From Bacillota bacterium (GTDB lineage Bacteria; Bacillota; Clostridia; Oscillospirales; Oscillospiraceae): a stretch of DNA of 64,000 bases. Position 1 is the first letter of the stretch, and each line of letters begins with the position of its first letter. Below are positions 1 to 8,592 of the stretch, piece after piece. The notes under the pieces are model-generated. The model ran no database searches. It saw nothing but the letters and a program-made list of their open reading frames with translations, and was not told the DNA's origin. The position numbers and the translations under genes were made by a program. The stretch is from the NCBI GenBank assembly GCA_029007925.1, contig JAQXIT010000103.1, positions 4,673 to 68,672 on the forward strand. The letters run 5' to 3'.

Positions 1-1
1 G

Positions 2-1288
2 GCCCGTTTTGTGGACGAGACAAAATGCACCGGCTGCGGCCTCTGCACCGAAAAATGCCCCCAGAAGAAGGTTCCCAACGAATTCAATCTGGGGCTGGAC
101 AACCGGCGCGCCATCTACATCCCCTTCGCCCAGGCGGTGCCGAAGGTGGCCACCATCGACGCGGACTACTGCTCCATGCTAAAAACCGGCAAGTGCGGCG
201 TCTGCTCCAAGGTCTGCACCGCCGGTGCCATCGACTACAAGCAGCAGGATACCTTCCTGGAGGAGGAATACGGCGCCATCGTGGTTGCCACGGGCTTCAA
301 TCCCATCAAGCTGGACAAATTCGATGAGTTTGCCTATTCCCAGAGCAAGGATGTGGTCACCTCTCTGGAGTTTGAGCGGCTGATGAACGCCGCCGGCCCC
401 ACCGGCGGCACTCTGCTGCGCCCCTCCGACGGCACCCATCCCAAGACCATCGTCTTTGTCCAGTGCGTCGGCTCCCGGTGCGACGACAGCAAGGGCAAGC
501 CCTACTGTTCCAAGATCTGCTGTATGTACACCGCCAAGCACGCCATGCTGTGCCGGGAAAAGTACCCCGACACCGACGTGTATGTGTTCTATATCGACGT
601 CCGCACCCCGGGCAAGAATTTTGACGAATTCTACCGCCGGGCGGTGGAGGAGTACGGTGTCCACTATATCAAGGGTATGGTGGGCAAGGTGGTGCCGGAA
701 AACGGCAAGCTGAAGGTTCAGGCTTCCGATCTGCTGGGAGGCAGACAGCTCCATATCGATGCCGATATGGTGGTGCTGGCCGCCGCCATCGAACCGGACG
801 AAAGCGCGAGGCCCCTGGCCACCATGCTGACCGCCTCCATGGACACCAACGACTTTTTCACCGAGGCACACCCCAAGCTGCGTCCCGTGGAGAGTCCCAC
901 GGCGGGCATTTTCCTGTCCGGCGCCTGCCAGGGCCCCAAGGACATCCCGGAAACGGTAGCTCAGGCCAGCGCGGCGGCGGCCAAGGTCATCGGTCTGCTG
1001 TGCAAGGATCAGCTCGTGTGCAATCCCTGCGTGGCCCAGCCCGATGAGCTGATGTGCAACGGCTGCAGCAGCTGTGAAAAGGTCTGTCCCTACGGCGCCA
1101 TCACTTACATCAACAAGGAATTCCGCGGCCCCAACCGCACCACGCTGCTGCGCCGGGTGGCGCAGGTCAACGGGGCGGTGTGTCAGGGCTGCGGTGCCTG
1201 TACCGTTGCCTGCCCCTCCGGCGCCATGGATCTGAAGGGCTTCAGCAACAAGCAAATTATGGCGGAGGTGGACGCGATATGCCGGTAA
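2..1288 (+). CDS. hdrA: Heterodisulfide reductase subunit A (HdrA), 5'-truncated by window edge
   Basis: CTGCGLC..C ferredoxin insert, VVATGF FAD motif, QCVGSR and YCSKICCM cluster motifs, GACQGPKDIP, two C-terminal CxxCxxCxxxCP motifs; frame open from base 2. Confidence 0.95.
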   Translation, partial: ARFVDETKCTGCGLCTEKCPQKKVPNEFNLGLDNRRAIYIPFAQAVPKVATIDADYCSMLKTGKCGVCSKVCTAGAIDYKQQDTFLEEEYGAIVVATGFNPIKLDKFDEFAYSQSKDVVTSLEFERLMNAAGPTGGTLLRPSDGTHPKTIVFVQCVGSRCDDSKGKPYCSKICCMYTAKHAMLCREKYPDTDVYVFYIDVRTPGKNFDEFYRRAVEEYGVHYIKGMVGKVVPENGKLKVQASDLLGGRQLHIDADMVVLAAAIEPDESARPLATMLTASMDTNDFFTEAHPKLRPVESPTAGIFLSGACQGPKDIPETVAQASAAAAKVIGLLCKDQLVCNPCVAQPDELMCNGCSSCEKVCPYGAITYINKEFRGPNRTTLLRRVAQVNGAVCQGCGACTVACPSGAMDLKGFSNKQIMAEVDAICR

Positions 1289-1719
1289 ACGAAGAATTCA
1301 AGCCTACCATCGTGGCGTTCTGCTGCAACTGGTGTTCCTACGCCGGTGCCGACCTGTCCGGCACCAACCGGCTGCAGTATCCAGCCAATGTCAAGATTAT
1401 CCGGATTCCCTGCTCCTGCCGCCTGAACCCCATGTTCATCCTGCGGGCCTTCCAGCGGGGCGCCGACGGCGTGATCCTCTGCGGCTGCCATCCCGGCGAC
1501 TGCCACTACACCACCGGCAACTATTACGCCCGCCGCCGGATGACCCTGCTGTTCTCCATGCTGGACTATCTGGGAATCGAGCGGGAGCGCACCCGGGTGG
1601 AGTGGGTATCCGCCGCCGAGGGCGCCAAGTTCGCCGCCACCATGAACGAGTTTGCCGGGACGGTCACCAAGCTGGGGCCGAACCGGAGATTGGAGGATCT
1701 GCGATGCAGGAAAGAGTAA
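1279..1719 (+). CDS. flxD: MvhD/FlxD [2Fe-2S] subunit
   Basis: FCCNWCSYAGAD, RIPCSCR and GCHPGDCHY MvhD signatures; ATG at 1279 after GGAGG, overlapping the hdrA stop. Confidence 0.93.
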   Translation: MPVNEEFKPTIVAFCCNWCSYAGADLSGTNRLQYPANVKIIRIPCSCRLNPMFILRAFQRGADGVILCGCHPGDCHYTTGNYYARRRMTLLFSMLDYLGIERERTRVEWVSAAEGAKFAATMNEFAGTVTKLGPNRRLEDLRCRKE

Positions 1720-2678
1720 AGCAGAAGGCCATCGAGCTTCTGGAAAATGGCACGGTTGACCGGGTTCTCGGTTGGAAAACCGGCGAGTTTTTCTACGATC
1801 TGACCCCCGCGGTGTTCACCTCCCGGGAGGAAGCGGAGACAAATTTCGTATTCAGCGCCTTCTCCGGGGCCAACCTCAGTAAATACTTGATCGCGGAATC
1901 CCGGAAGGGCGGCAAGGTGGCCGTGTTTCTGAAGCCCTGCGATTCCTATTCCTTCACCCAGCTCCTGAAGGAGCACCGGATCTGGCGGGAGAATGTCTAT
2001 GCCGTGGGCGTGCAATGCGACGGAATGTGCGACGCGGAAAAGCTTCGGGATGCCGGCTGCGAGGGTATCCTCTCCGTCCGGGAGGAGGGGGAGAACCTGA
2101 TCGTCGGAACCCTGTACGGCGAAAAAACCGTGGCCCGGAAGGATGCCCTGCTGGAGCGCTGCACCGTCTGCAAGAGTAAGAAAATCGTCACCTTCGACGA
2201 GCTGATCGGAGAAAACGGCGAGGAGCTGGATTCCGATCGCTTCGCGGAAGTGGCGAGGCTGGAGGCAATGACTCCCGAGGAGCGGTTTGACTTCTGGCGG
2301 GGCGAGCTGTCCCGGTGTATCCGCTGCAACGCCTGCCGCAATGTGTGCCCCGCCTGCAGCTGCGAGAAGTGCGTGTTCGACAACGCGGATTCCGGCGTCC
2401 GGAATAAGGCCGCCGCCGATTCCTTCGAGGAAAAGCTGTTCCACATTATCCGGGCCTTCCATGTGGCCGGGCGCTGTACCGACTGCGGCGAATGCAGCCG
2501 GGTCTGCCCCCAGCATATTCCGCTGCACCTGCTGAACCGGAAGTTCATCAAGGATATCAACGAGCTCTACGGAACCTATCAGGCCGGCGCGGATCCGGAG
2601 ACAAAGCCGCCGCTGACGGATTACACCGTTTCCGACTGCGAGCCTTCCGTCGTGTACGAAAGGGGAGGGAAGCCGTGA
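1704..2678 (+). CDS. flxC: FlxC-like 4Fe-4S dicluster protein
   Basis: KPCD motif, CIRCNACRNVCPACSC, HVAGRCTDCGECSRVCP; position after flxD; GGAGG before ATG 1704. Confidence 0.85.
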   Translation: MQERVKQKAIELLENGTVDRVLGWKTGEFFYDLTPAVFTSREEAETNFVFSAFSGANLSKYLIAESRKGGKVAVFLKPCDSYSFTQLLKEHRIWRENVYAVGVQCDGMCDAEKLRDAGCEGILSVREEGENLIVGTLYGEKTVARKDALLERCTVCKSKKIVTFDELIGENGEELDSDRFAEVARLEAMTPEERFDFWRGELSRCIRCNACRNVCPACSCEKCVFDNADSGVRNKAAADSFEEKLFHIIRAFHVAGRCTDCGECSRVCPQHIPLHLLNRKFIKDINELYGTYQAGADPETKPPLTDYTVSDCEPSVVYERGGKP

Positions 2679-3700
2679 TGAAAACAATTGCCATTTCTGA
2701 GCTGAACCGCCTCTTTGAAGCCATTTCCGGCGGCAGAAAGCTGTACATCCCGGCGGAGGACGGCGCCGGCCAGGCCAAATTCACCCCCTGGCGTGATGGC
2801 CTGAAGCTGACCGATAAGCTGAACACCGTCCGAAGCGCCAAGGATCTGTTCTTCCCCCAGGTGGAGAACCTGGTGAATTTCAAGGTCACCGGCAAGCAGA
2901 TCGAGATCATCGAAAACCGGGACATCAGCGAGCCATTCGCGGTATTCGGTGTCCGCGGCTGCGACTGCCGCAGCTTCGACATTCTGGACCGGGTGTTCCT
3001 CAGCGACCCGGTGGATACCTACTATCAGACCCGGCGGGAAAACGGCCTGGTTATCACGCTGGCCTGCACCCGCCCTGCCGAGACCTGTTTCTGCGGCACC
3101 TTCGGCATCGACCCGGCCAGCCCCGGGGGAGACGTAACCTGCTGGATGGAGGGGGATGCCCTCTACTGGCAGGCCAATACGGAAAAAGGCAAGGCACTGA
3201 CCGCCGAGCTCCCCATGCTGCGAGACTGTGGTGAGGAAGCCGTGGAGACGCAGAAAACCCGGATCCGCGGGGCGCTGGAGAAGCTGCCCCTGCGGGATCT
3301 GGATCTGACGGGCTTCGACGGCGAGCATATGCAGACGTTGTTCCGCAGCGAAAAGTGGGCGGAGCTGTCGGAAAGCTGCCTTGGCTGCGGCACCTGTACC
3401 TTTGTCTGCCCCACCTGCCAGTGCTACGACGTGCAGGAGTTCAACACCGGCACCGAAGTCAAGCGCTTCCGCTGCTGGGACAGCTGTATGTATTCCGACT
3501 TTACCCAGATGTCCGCGGGGCAGCCCAGACCCACCCAGAAGGAACGGTTCCGCCAGCGCTTCATGCACAAGCTGGTGTATTTTCCCAGCAATAACCACGG
3601 AATCTACGGCTGCGTGGGCTGCGGACGGTGCCTGCAGAAATGTCCCATCCATATGAACATCGTCAAGGTGGCACGGACGCTGAAGGAGGAGATGAAATGA
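2678..3700 (+). CDS. flxB: FlxB (AsrA-like) 4Fe-4S protein
   Basis: GVRGCD, TCFC, CLGCGTCTFVCPTCQC, WDSC, GCVGCGRC..CP; TGATG coupling to the upstream gene. Confidence 0.88.
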   Translation: MKTIAISELNRLFEAISGGRKLYIPAEDGAGQAKFTPWRDGLKLTDKLNTVRSAKDLFFPQVENLVNFKVTGKQIEIIENRDISEPFAVFGVRGCDCRSFDILDRVFLSDPVDTYYQTRRENGLVITLACTRPAETCFCGTFGIDPASPGGDVTCWMEGDALYWQANTEKGKALTAELPMLRDCGEEAVETQKTRIRGALEKLPLRDLDLTGFDGEHMQTLFRSEKWAELSESCLGCGTCTFVCPTCQCYDVQEFNTGTEVKRFRCWDSCMYSDFTQMSAGQPRPTQKERFRQRFMHKLVYFPSNNHGIYGCVGCGRCLQKCPIHMNIVKVARTLKEEMK

Positions 3701-4521
3701 GACCCGATCCCCTGATTCCCATGCTGGGCGTGGTAACCGCCATCCGCACGGACACGCCGGATGTCAAAACCTTCCGTGTCACGGGTGTGGACGGGAAAAA
3801 GCCCTTCGTCCACATCCCCGGCCAATGCGCCATGCTGTCCATCCCCGGAGTGGGGGAGGCGCTGTTTTCCATCACCTCCTCGCCCACGGAGGATTATCTG
3901 GACTTTTCCATCAAAAAGTGCGGCTGCGTCACCGCGTGGCTCCACCAGATGGAGGTGGGGCAGCAGATCACCATCCGGGGTCCCTACGGCAACGGCTTCC
4001 CGGTGGACACGGAGCTGGCAGGGAAGGATCTGCTGTTTATTGCCGGCGGCATCGGCCTGGCGCCGCTGCACTCCGTCATCAACTACTGCCGCCATTACCG
4101 GGATCGCTACGGCAGCATTGATATCGTCTACGGCTCCCGCAGCAAGGCGGATCTGGTGGACTTCCCGGAGATTACAGACGAGTGGTGCCGGGAGGAGGGC
4201 ATCCGTGTCCACCTGACCATCGACAACGCTCAGCCCGACTGGGACGGTCATGTGGGCTTCGTGCCCAACTTCGTCAAGGAGCTGAATTTTGACACTTCCA
4301 AGACCGTGCTGATGTGCGGCCCTCCCATCATGATTAAATTCACGCTGGCGGGGCTCATGGAACTGGGCTTCTCCCGGGAACAGATCTACACCACCATGGA
4401 GCTGCGGATGAAATGCGCTCTGGGCAAGTGCGGACGCTGCAACATCGGCAACAAGTACGTCTGCAAGGACGGCCCGGTGTTCCGCTTCGATCAGCTTGAC
4501 CAACTGCCCGACGAGTATTAA
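3697..4521 (+). CDS. flxA: FlxA (AsrB/PyrK-like) FAD/NAD(H)-binding [2Fe-2S] subunit
   Basis: PGQ, RGPYGNGF, AGGIGLAP, CGPPIM, MKCALGKCGRC..VCKDGPVF; ATGA overlap. Confidence 0.92.
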   Translation: MRPDPLIPMLGVVTAIRTDTPDVKTFRVTGVDGKKPFVHIPGQCAMLSIPGVGEALFSITSSPTEDYLDFSIKKCGCVTAWLHQMEVGQQITIRGPYGNGFPVDTELAGKDLLFIAGGIGLAPLHSVINYCRHYRDRYGSIDIVYGSRSKADLVDFPEITDEWCREEGIRVHLTIDNAQPDWDGHVGFVPNFVKELNFDTSKTVLMCGPPIMIKFTLAGLMELGFSREQIYTTMELRMKCALGKCGRCNIGNKYVCKDGPVFRFDQLDQLPDEY

Positions 4522-4533
4522 GGAGAAAAGACA

Positions 4534-5208
4534 ATGGAACAAATGGTTAATGTTTTCCTTTTCGGCAAGAAATATTCGGTTCCCGGAAGCCTCACCATCA
4601 TGGAGGCCATGGAATATGCCGGGTATCAGCTCGTCCGGGGCTGCGGCTGCCGGAACGGCTTCTGCGGCGCCTGCGCCACCATCTACCGCATCGCCGGCGA
4701 CCGGGAGCTGAAAACCTGCCTCGCCTGCTCCACCAAGGTGGAGGACAATATGTATGTGGCGACTCTGCCCTTCTTCCCGCTGGTGAAGCAGGTCTACGAT
4801 CTGGAGAAGATCAAGCCCACGGAGCAGATCATGATGCAGCTCTATCCGGAGATCTACGCCTGCGTGGGCTGCAACGCCTGCACCAAGGCCTGCACCCAGG
4901 GGCTGAATGTTATGCAGTACATCGCCTATGCCCAGCGGGGTGAGTATGAAAAGTGCGCCGAGGAGTCCTTCGACTGCGTCATGTGCGGCGTCTGCTCCTC
5001 CCGATGCCCCGCGGGAATTTCCCATCCTCAGGTGGCCATGCTGGCAAGACGGCTCAACGGCAAGTATCTGGCGCCCCATTGTGAGCATCTGGACGACCGG
5101 ATCCGGGAGATCAATGAGGGTAAGTACGAAAAGCTTCTGGAGGATCTGATGGGCAAGCCCCTCAGCGAAATGCAGGAGCTGTACAACCACCGGGACATCG
5201 AGAAATAA
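4534..5208 (+). CDS. SdhB/FrdB-like iron-sulfur protein
   Basis: N-terminal CGCRNGFCGAC...C [2Fe-2S] motif; CVGCNACTKAC and CVMCGVCSSRCP; AGGAG RBS. Confidence 0.85.
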   Translation: MEQMVNVFLFGKKYSVPGSLTIMEAMEYAGYQLVRGCGCRNGFCGACATIYRIAGDRELKTCLACSTKVEDNMYVATLPFFPLVKQVYDLEKIKPTEQIMMQLYPEIYACVGCNACTKACTQGLNVMQYIAYAQRGEYEKCAEESFDCVMCGVCSSRCPAGISHPQVAMLARRLNGKYLAPHCEHLDDRIREINEGKYEKLLEDLMGKPLSEMQELYNHRDIEK

Positions 5209-5220
5209 GGAGGCGGCACC

Positions 5221-6819
5221 ATGTATCAGGATTTGTTTATGCAGGAATCCATCCGCAAGGTGGAGGCTGCCCGGCAGGCCAATATGAAGCTGGATCCCCG
5301 GCGCATGACCGCCGAGGAGAAGGATGTTCTTCTGAAAACCTATCATCCCGACTATCGGGAGGAGCAGTTCGTGAATCTGTCCTTTGGCCCCAACGCGGGG
5401 CAGAAGGTTCCCGGGGAGCTGGCTGCGCTGCTGCAGGGCAGATCCCGGATTCTCGGCCGGGAAATCGATCTGGAGCATCCCGACTACGATACCGACGTTC
5501 TGATCGTCGGCGGCGGCGGTGCCGGCGCTTCGGCGGCCATTGAAGCCGATGAAAACGGTGCCCGTGTGATGATCGTCACCAAGCTGCGCATCGGCGACGC
5601 CAATACCATGATGGCGGAGGGCGGTATTCAGGCCGCCGACAAGCCCGGCGACAGTCCGGCGCAGCATTTTCTGGATGCCTATGGCGGCGGCCATTTCGCG
5701 GCCCAGAAGGATCTGCTGTACAAGCTGGTGACCGAGGCGCCGGAGGCCATCCGCTGGCTGTCTGAGCTGGGGGTGGAATTCGACAAAGCGCCCGACGGCA
5801 CCATGATTACCACCCACGGCGGCGGTACCTCCCGGAAGCGGATGCACGCCGCCAAGGATTACTCCGGCGCGGAGATCATGCGCACCCTCCGGGACGAGGT
5901 TCTGAACCGGGGCATTCCGGTGGTGGACTTCACCTCCGCCATCGAACTCATCAAGGATGAGAACGGCCGCTGTGCCGGCGCGGTGCTGATGAATATGGAG
6001 ACCAAAGAGCTGTTGGTCGCCCGGGCAAAAACCGTGATTCTCGCCACCGGCGGCGCGGGACGGCTCCACTATCAGGGTTTCCCCACCTCCAACCACTACG
6101 GCGCCACCGCCGACGGTCTGGTGCTGGCTTATCGGGCAGGCGCCCGGCTGCTGTATCCCGACACCCTGCAGTACCATCCCACCGGTGCCGCCTTCCCGGC
6201 GCAGATCTACGGCGCGCTGGTGACGGAAAAAGTGCGCTCCGTGGGCGCCATGCTGGTCAACGCCAACGGCGAGGTGTTCATGAACCCGCTGGAGACCCGT
6301 GACGTTTCCGCGGCGGCCATTATCCGGGAATGCTCCGACCGGGGCAACGGCGTTCCCACCCCGGAGGGGCAGGCGGTTTGGCTGGACACCCCAATGATCG
6401 AACTGAAGCACGGTGCCGGTACCATTGAGAAGCGGATCCCCGCCATGATGCGGATGTTCGCCAAGCACGGCATCGATATCCGCCGGGAGCCCATTCTGGT
6501 GTACCCCACGCTGCACTATCAGAACGGCGGCCTGAAGATTACCGACGACGGGCAGACCGACATCGAGAACCTGTATGCCGCCGGCGAGGTGGTAGGCGGC
6601 ATTCACGGCCGGAACCGGCTCATGGGCAACAGCCTGCTGGACATCATCGTTTTTGGCCGCAACGCGGGCAGACACGCCTCCGAAAAGGCAAAGCAAACGG
6701 AGCCGGGTCGCCTGACGCTGGCACATGTGGATGCCTTCGAAAAGCAGCGTGCCGAAGCCGGTATCACCGACGGCACCGTGTCCCCCAGACTGCTGCCGGA
6801 TTACACCAGAAAGAAGTAA
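5221..6819 (+). CDS. Fumarate reductase/succinate dehydrogenase-family flavoprotein (soluble, TfrA/NadB-like)
   Basis: GGGGAG dinucleotide fold, AEGGI, LATGG, QYHPT, TEKVR, TRD, HYQNGG, HGRNRLMGNSL. Confidence 0.88.
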   Translation: MYQDLFMQESIRKVEAARQANMKLDPRRMTAEEKDVLLKTYHPDYREEQFVNLSFGPNAGQKVPGELAALLQGRSRILGREIDLEHPDYDTDVLIVGGGGAGASAAIEADENGARVMIVTKLRIGDANTMMAEGGIQAADKPGDSPAQHFLDAYGGGHFAAQKDLLYKLVTEAPEAIRWLSELGVEFDKAPDGTMITTHGGGTSRKRMHAAKDYSGAEIMRTLRDEVLNRGIPVVDFTSAIELIKDENGRCAGAVLMNMETKELLVARAKTVILATGGAGRLHYQGFPTSNHYGATADGLVLAYRAGARLLYPDTLQYHPTGAAFPAQIYGALVTEKVRSVGAMLVNANGEVFMNPLETRDVSAAAIIRECSDRGNGVPTPEGQAVWLDTPMIELKHGAGTIEKRIPAMMRMFAKHGIDIRREPILVYPTLHYQNGGLKITDDGQTDIENLYAAGEVVGGIHGRNRLMGNSLLDIIVFGRNAGRHASEKAKQTEPGRLTLAHVDAFEKQRAEAGITDGTVSPRLLPDYTRKK

Positions 6820-6834
6820 AAGGAGAGAACCGCC

Positions 6835-7122
6835 ATGGAATTTCTGCCTGAATTATTGGAAACGCTGATGATTGTCAGCTTCGGCATTTCCTGGCCCGTG
6901 AATCTGGCAAAAGCCATAAAAAGCCGATCCACCAAGGGCAAGAGCATTCTGTTTGACTTTTTCATTTTGTTCGGTTATATCTGCGGAATCCTGTCCAAAG
7001 CCATGACCCATACCTACAATCTGGCGTTCTGGTTCTATTTCCCCAATCTGATTATGGTCACCGCCGATATCGTGCTGTATTATCGCAACCGCGCGCTGGA
7101 AAGACGCTGCCCGCAGCAATAA
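6835..7122 (+). CDS. PQ-loop/SemiSWEET-like 3-TM membrane protein
   Basis: 95 aa, three hydrophobic segments, SWP..KSRSTKGKS loop; AGGAG RBS. Confidence 0.75.
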   Translation: MEFLPELLETLMIVSFGISWPVNLAKAIKSRSTKGKSILFDFFILFGYICGILSKAMTHTYNLAFWFYFPNLIMVTADIVLYYRNRALERRCPQQ

Positions 7123-7127
7123 GAATG

Positions 7128-7156
7128 TTGCTTTCCGGTAGAATTTGTGATATGAT
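7128..7156 (+). promoter_or_regulatory. sigmaA-like promoter for the aldolase gene
   Basis: TTGCTT-17 nt-TATGAT with TGn extension. Confidence 0.55.
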
Positions 7157-7195
7157 AAATTTACCGGATTCTGAAATCGGGAAGGAGATTGCAAT

Positions 7196-8488
7196 ATGAA
7201 TATCAATTACATTCATCCGGCAGATCAGTTGGTTATGTTCATGCAGCGCATCTACGACAAGGGAATGACCACCACCTCCGGCGGCAACCTGTCCATCATG
7301 GATGACGACGGAAATATCTGGATTACTCCCGCCAGCGTGGACAAGGGTACTCTGACAAGACACGACATTATTTGCGTCAAGCCCGACGGCACCTGCGTAG
7401 GCTCCCACAAGCCGTCCTCCGAGCTGCCCTTCCATGCGGCGGTCTATCGGATGCGTCCGGATCTTCGGGCAGTTCTGCACGCCCATCCGCCGGCACTGGT
7501 TTCCTTCTCCATCGTGCGGCAGCTTCCGGATCTGGATCTGCTGCCCTCCGTCCGCAAGGTCTGTCCGGAACTGCGGATCGCGGTGTATGCCGTTCCCGGC
7601 AGCGACAAGCTGGGCGAGAACATCGCGGCCTGCTTTGCCGACAACTGCGATATCGCGCTGCTGGAAAACCACGGCGTGTGCATCGGCGCCAAGACCATGT
7701 TCGAGGCCTTCCAGAAGTTTGAGACTCTGGAGTACACCGCCAATCTGGAAATCCTGGCAAAGCGGATCGGCAAGGTTCATCGTCTGCCCGCCGAGGCGCT
7801 GCGGGTGACGGAGACCACCACCCATCTGAAGATGGATGATTTCATCCCCAACAGCCATTCCTCCGAGGAACTGGCTGCTCGCCGGGATATGATTACCCTG
7901 ATCCGGCGCTCCTACCGACAGGGACTCTTCACCGCCACCCATGGCACCTATTCCGTCCGGCTGTCCGACGGCAGCTTCCTGATTACGCCCTTCGGAATGG
8001 ATCGGGCCTATCTGGAGGAGGACAATCTGGTGCGGGTCAAGGCTGGCATGAAGGAGCTGGGCAAGATACCCTCCCGGGCTGTGGGGCTGCATCAGAAGAT
8101 CTACGAGGCCAATCCGGAGATTCGAGCCATTCTGCTGGCGCATCCCGTTCACGCCATGGCCTTCGCGGTGACCGATACCAAATTCGATCCCAGAACCATT
8201 CCCGAAAGCTATATCCTGCTGCGGGATGTGAAGCGCCTGCCATACGGCGAGATCTACACCCAGCAGGAAAAGACCGCCAAAGAGTTTACCGAAGCCTGCC
8301 CCGCCGTCATGGTGGACAACGACTGCGTCATTGTCACCGGTGAGAGCCTGCTGAAGGCTTTCGACCGGCTGGAGGTTCTGGAATCCACGGCACATTCCAT
8401 CATCAACTCCAGCGCCATCGGCAGCATTGTCCATATCACCCAGGAGGAAGTGGAGGATCTGAAGGTGGCCTTCAACCTGAAGGACTGA
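7196..8488 (+). CDS. Class II aldolase/adducin family protein with two tandem domains
   Basis: Domain 1: GGNLS, TP, PSSELPFH, HAHP, NHG. Domain 2 repeats the pattern in degenerate form (GTYS, TP, PSR..LH, LAHP). Confidence 0.88.
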   Translation: MNINYIHPADQLVMFMQRIYDKGMTTTSGGNLSIMDDDGNIWITPASVDKGTLTRHDIICVKPDGTCVGSHKPSSELPFHAAVYRMRPDLRAVLHAHPPALVSFSIVRQLPDLDLLPSVRKVCPELRIAVYAVPGSDKLGENIAACFADNCDIALLENHGVCIGAKTMFEAFQKFETLEYTANLEILAKRIGKVHRLPAEALRVTETTTHLKMDDFIPNSHSSEELAARRDMITLIRRSYRQGLFTATHGTYSVRLSDGSFLITPFGMDRAYLEEDNLVRVKAGMKELGKIPSRAVGLHQKIYEANPEIRAILLAHPVHAMAFAVTDTKFDPRTIPESYILLRDVKRLPYGEIYTQQEKTAKEFTEACPAVMVDNDCVIVTGESLLKAFDRLEVLESTAHSIINSSAIGSIVHITQEEVEDLKVAFNLKD

Positions 8489-8503
8489 ACCCGAATTCCC
8501 ATG

Positions 8504-8539
8504 AGGACAGCGCTTCCAAAAGGAAGCGCTGTCCTTTTT
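8504..8539 (+). terminator. Intrinsic terminator
   Basis: AGGACAGCGCTTCC-AAAA-GGAAGCGCTGTCCT followed by a T run. Confidence 0.88.
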
Positions 8540-8592
8540 CCCGGCGTAAAGCGGGAATATCTGCGTATCCTAAGATCGGGAGGGAAAAGCGA

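Noticed and set aside
2-1719. Selenocysteine recoding in HdrA or MvhD
   Set aside because: Both frames are open with Cys at the motif positions; no in-frame TGA in the visible part.
3604-6726. 1040-aa minus-strand ORF
   Set aside because: Antisense shadow of flxA, the Fe-S gene and the flavoprotein; no recognisable motifs; expected from GC-rich codon bias.
7134-7168. Imperfect inverted repeat around the aldolase -10 box
   Set aside because: Weak stem without a U tract; operator, terminator and chance cannot be told apart.
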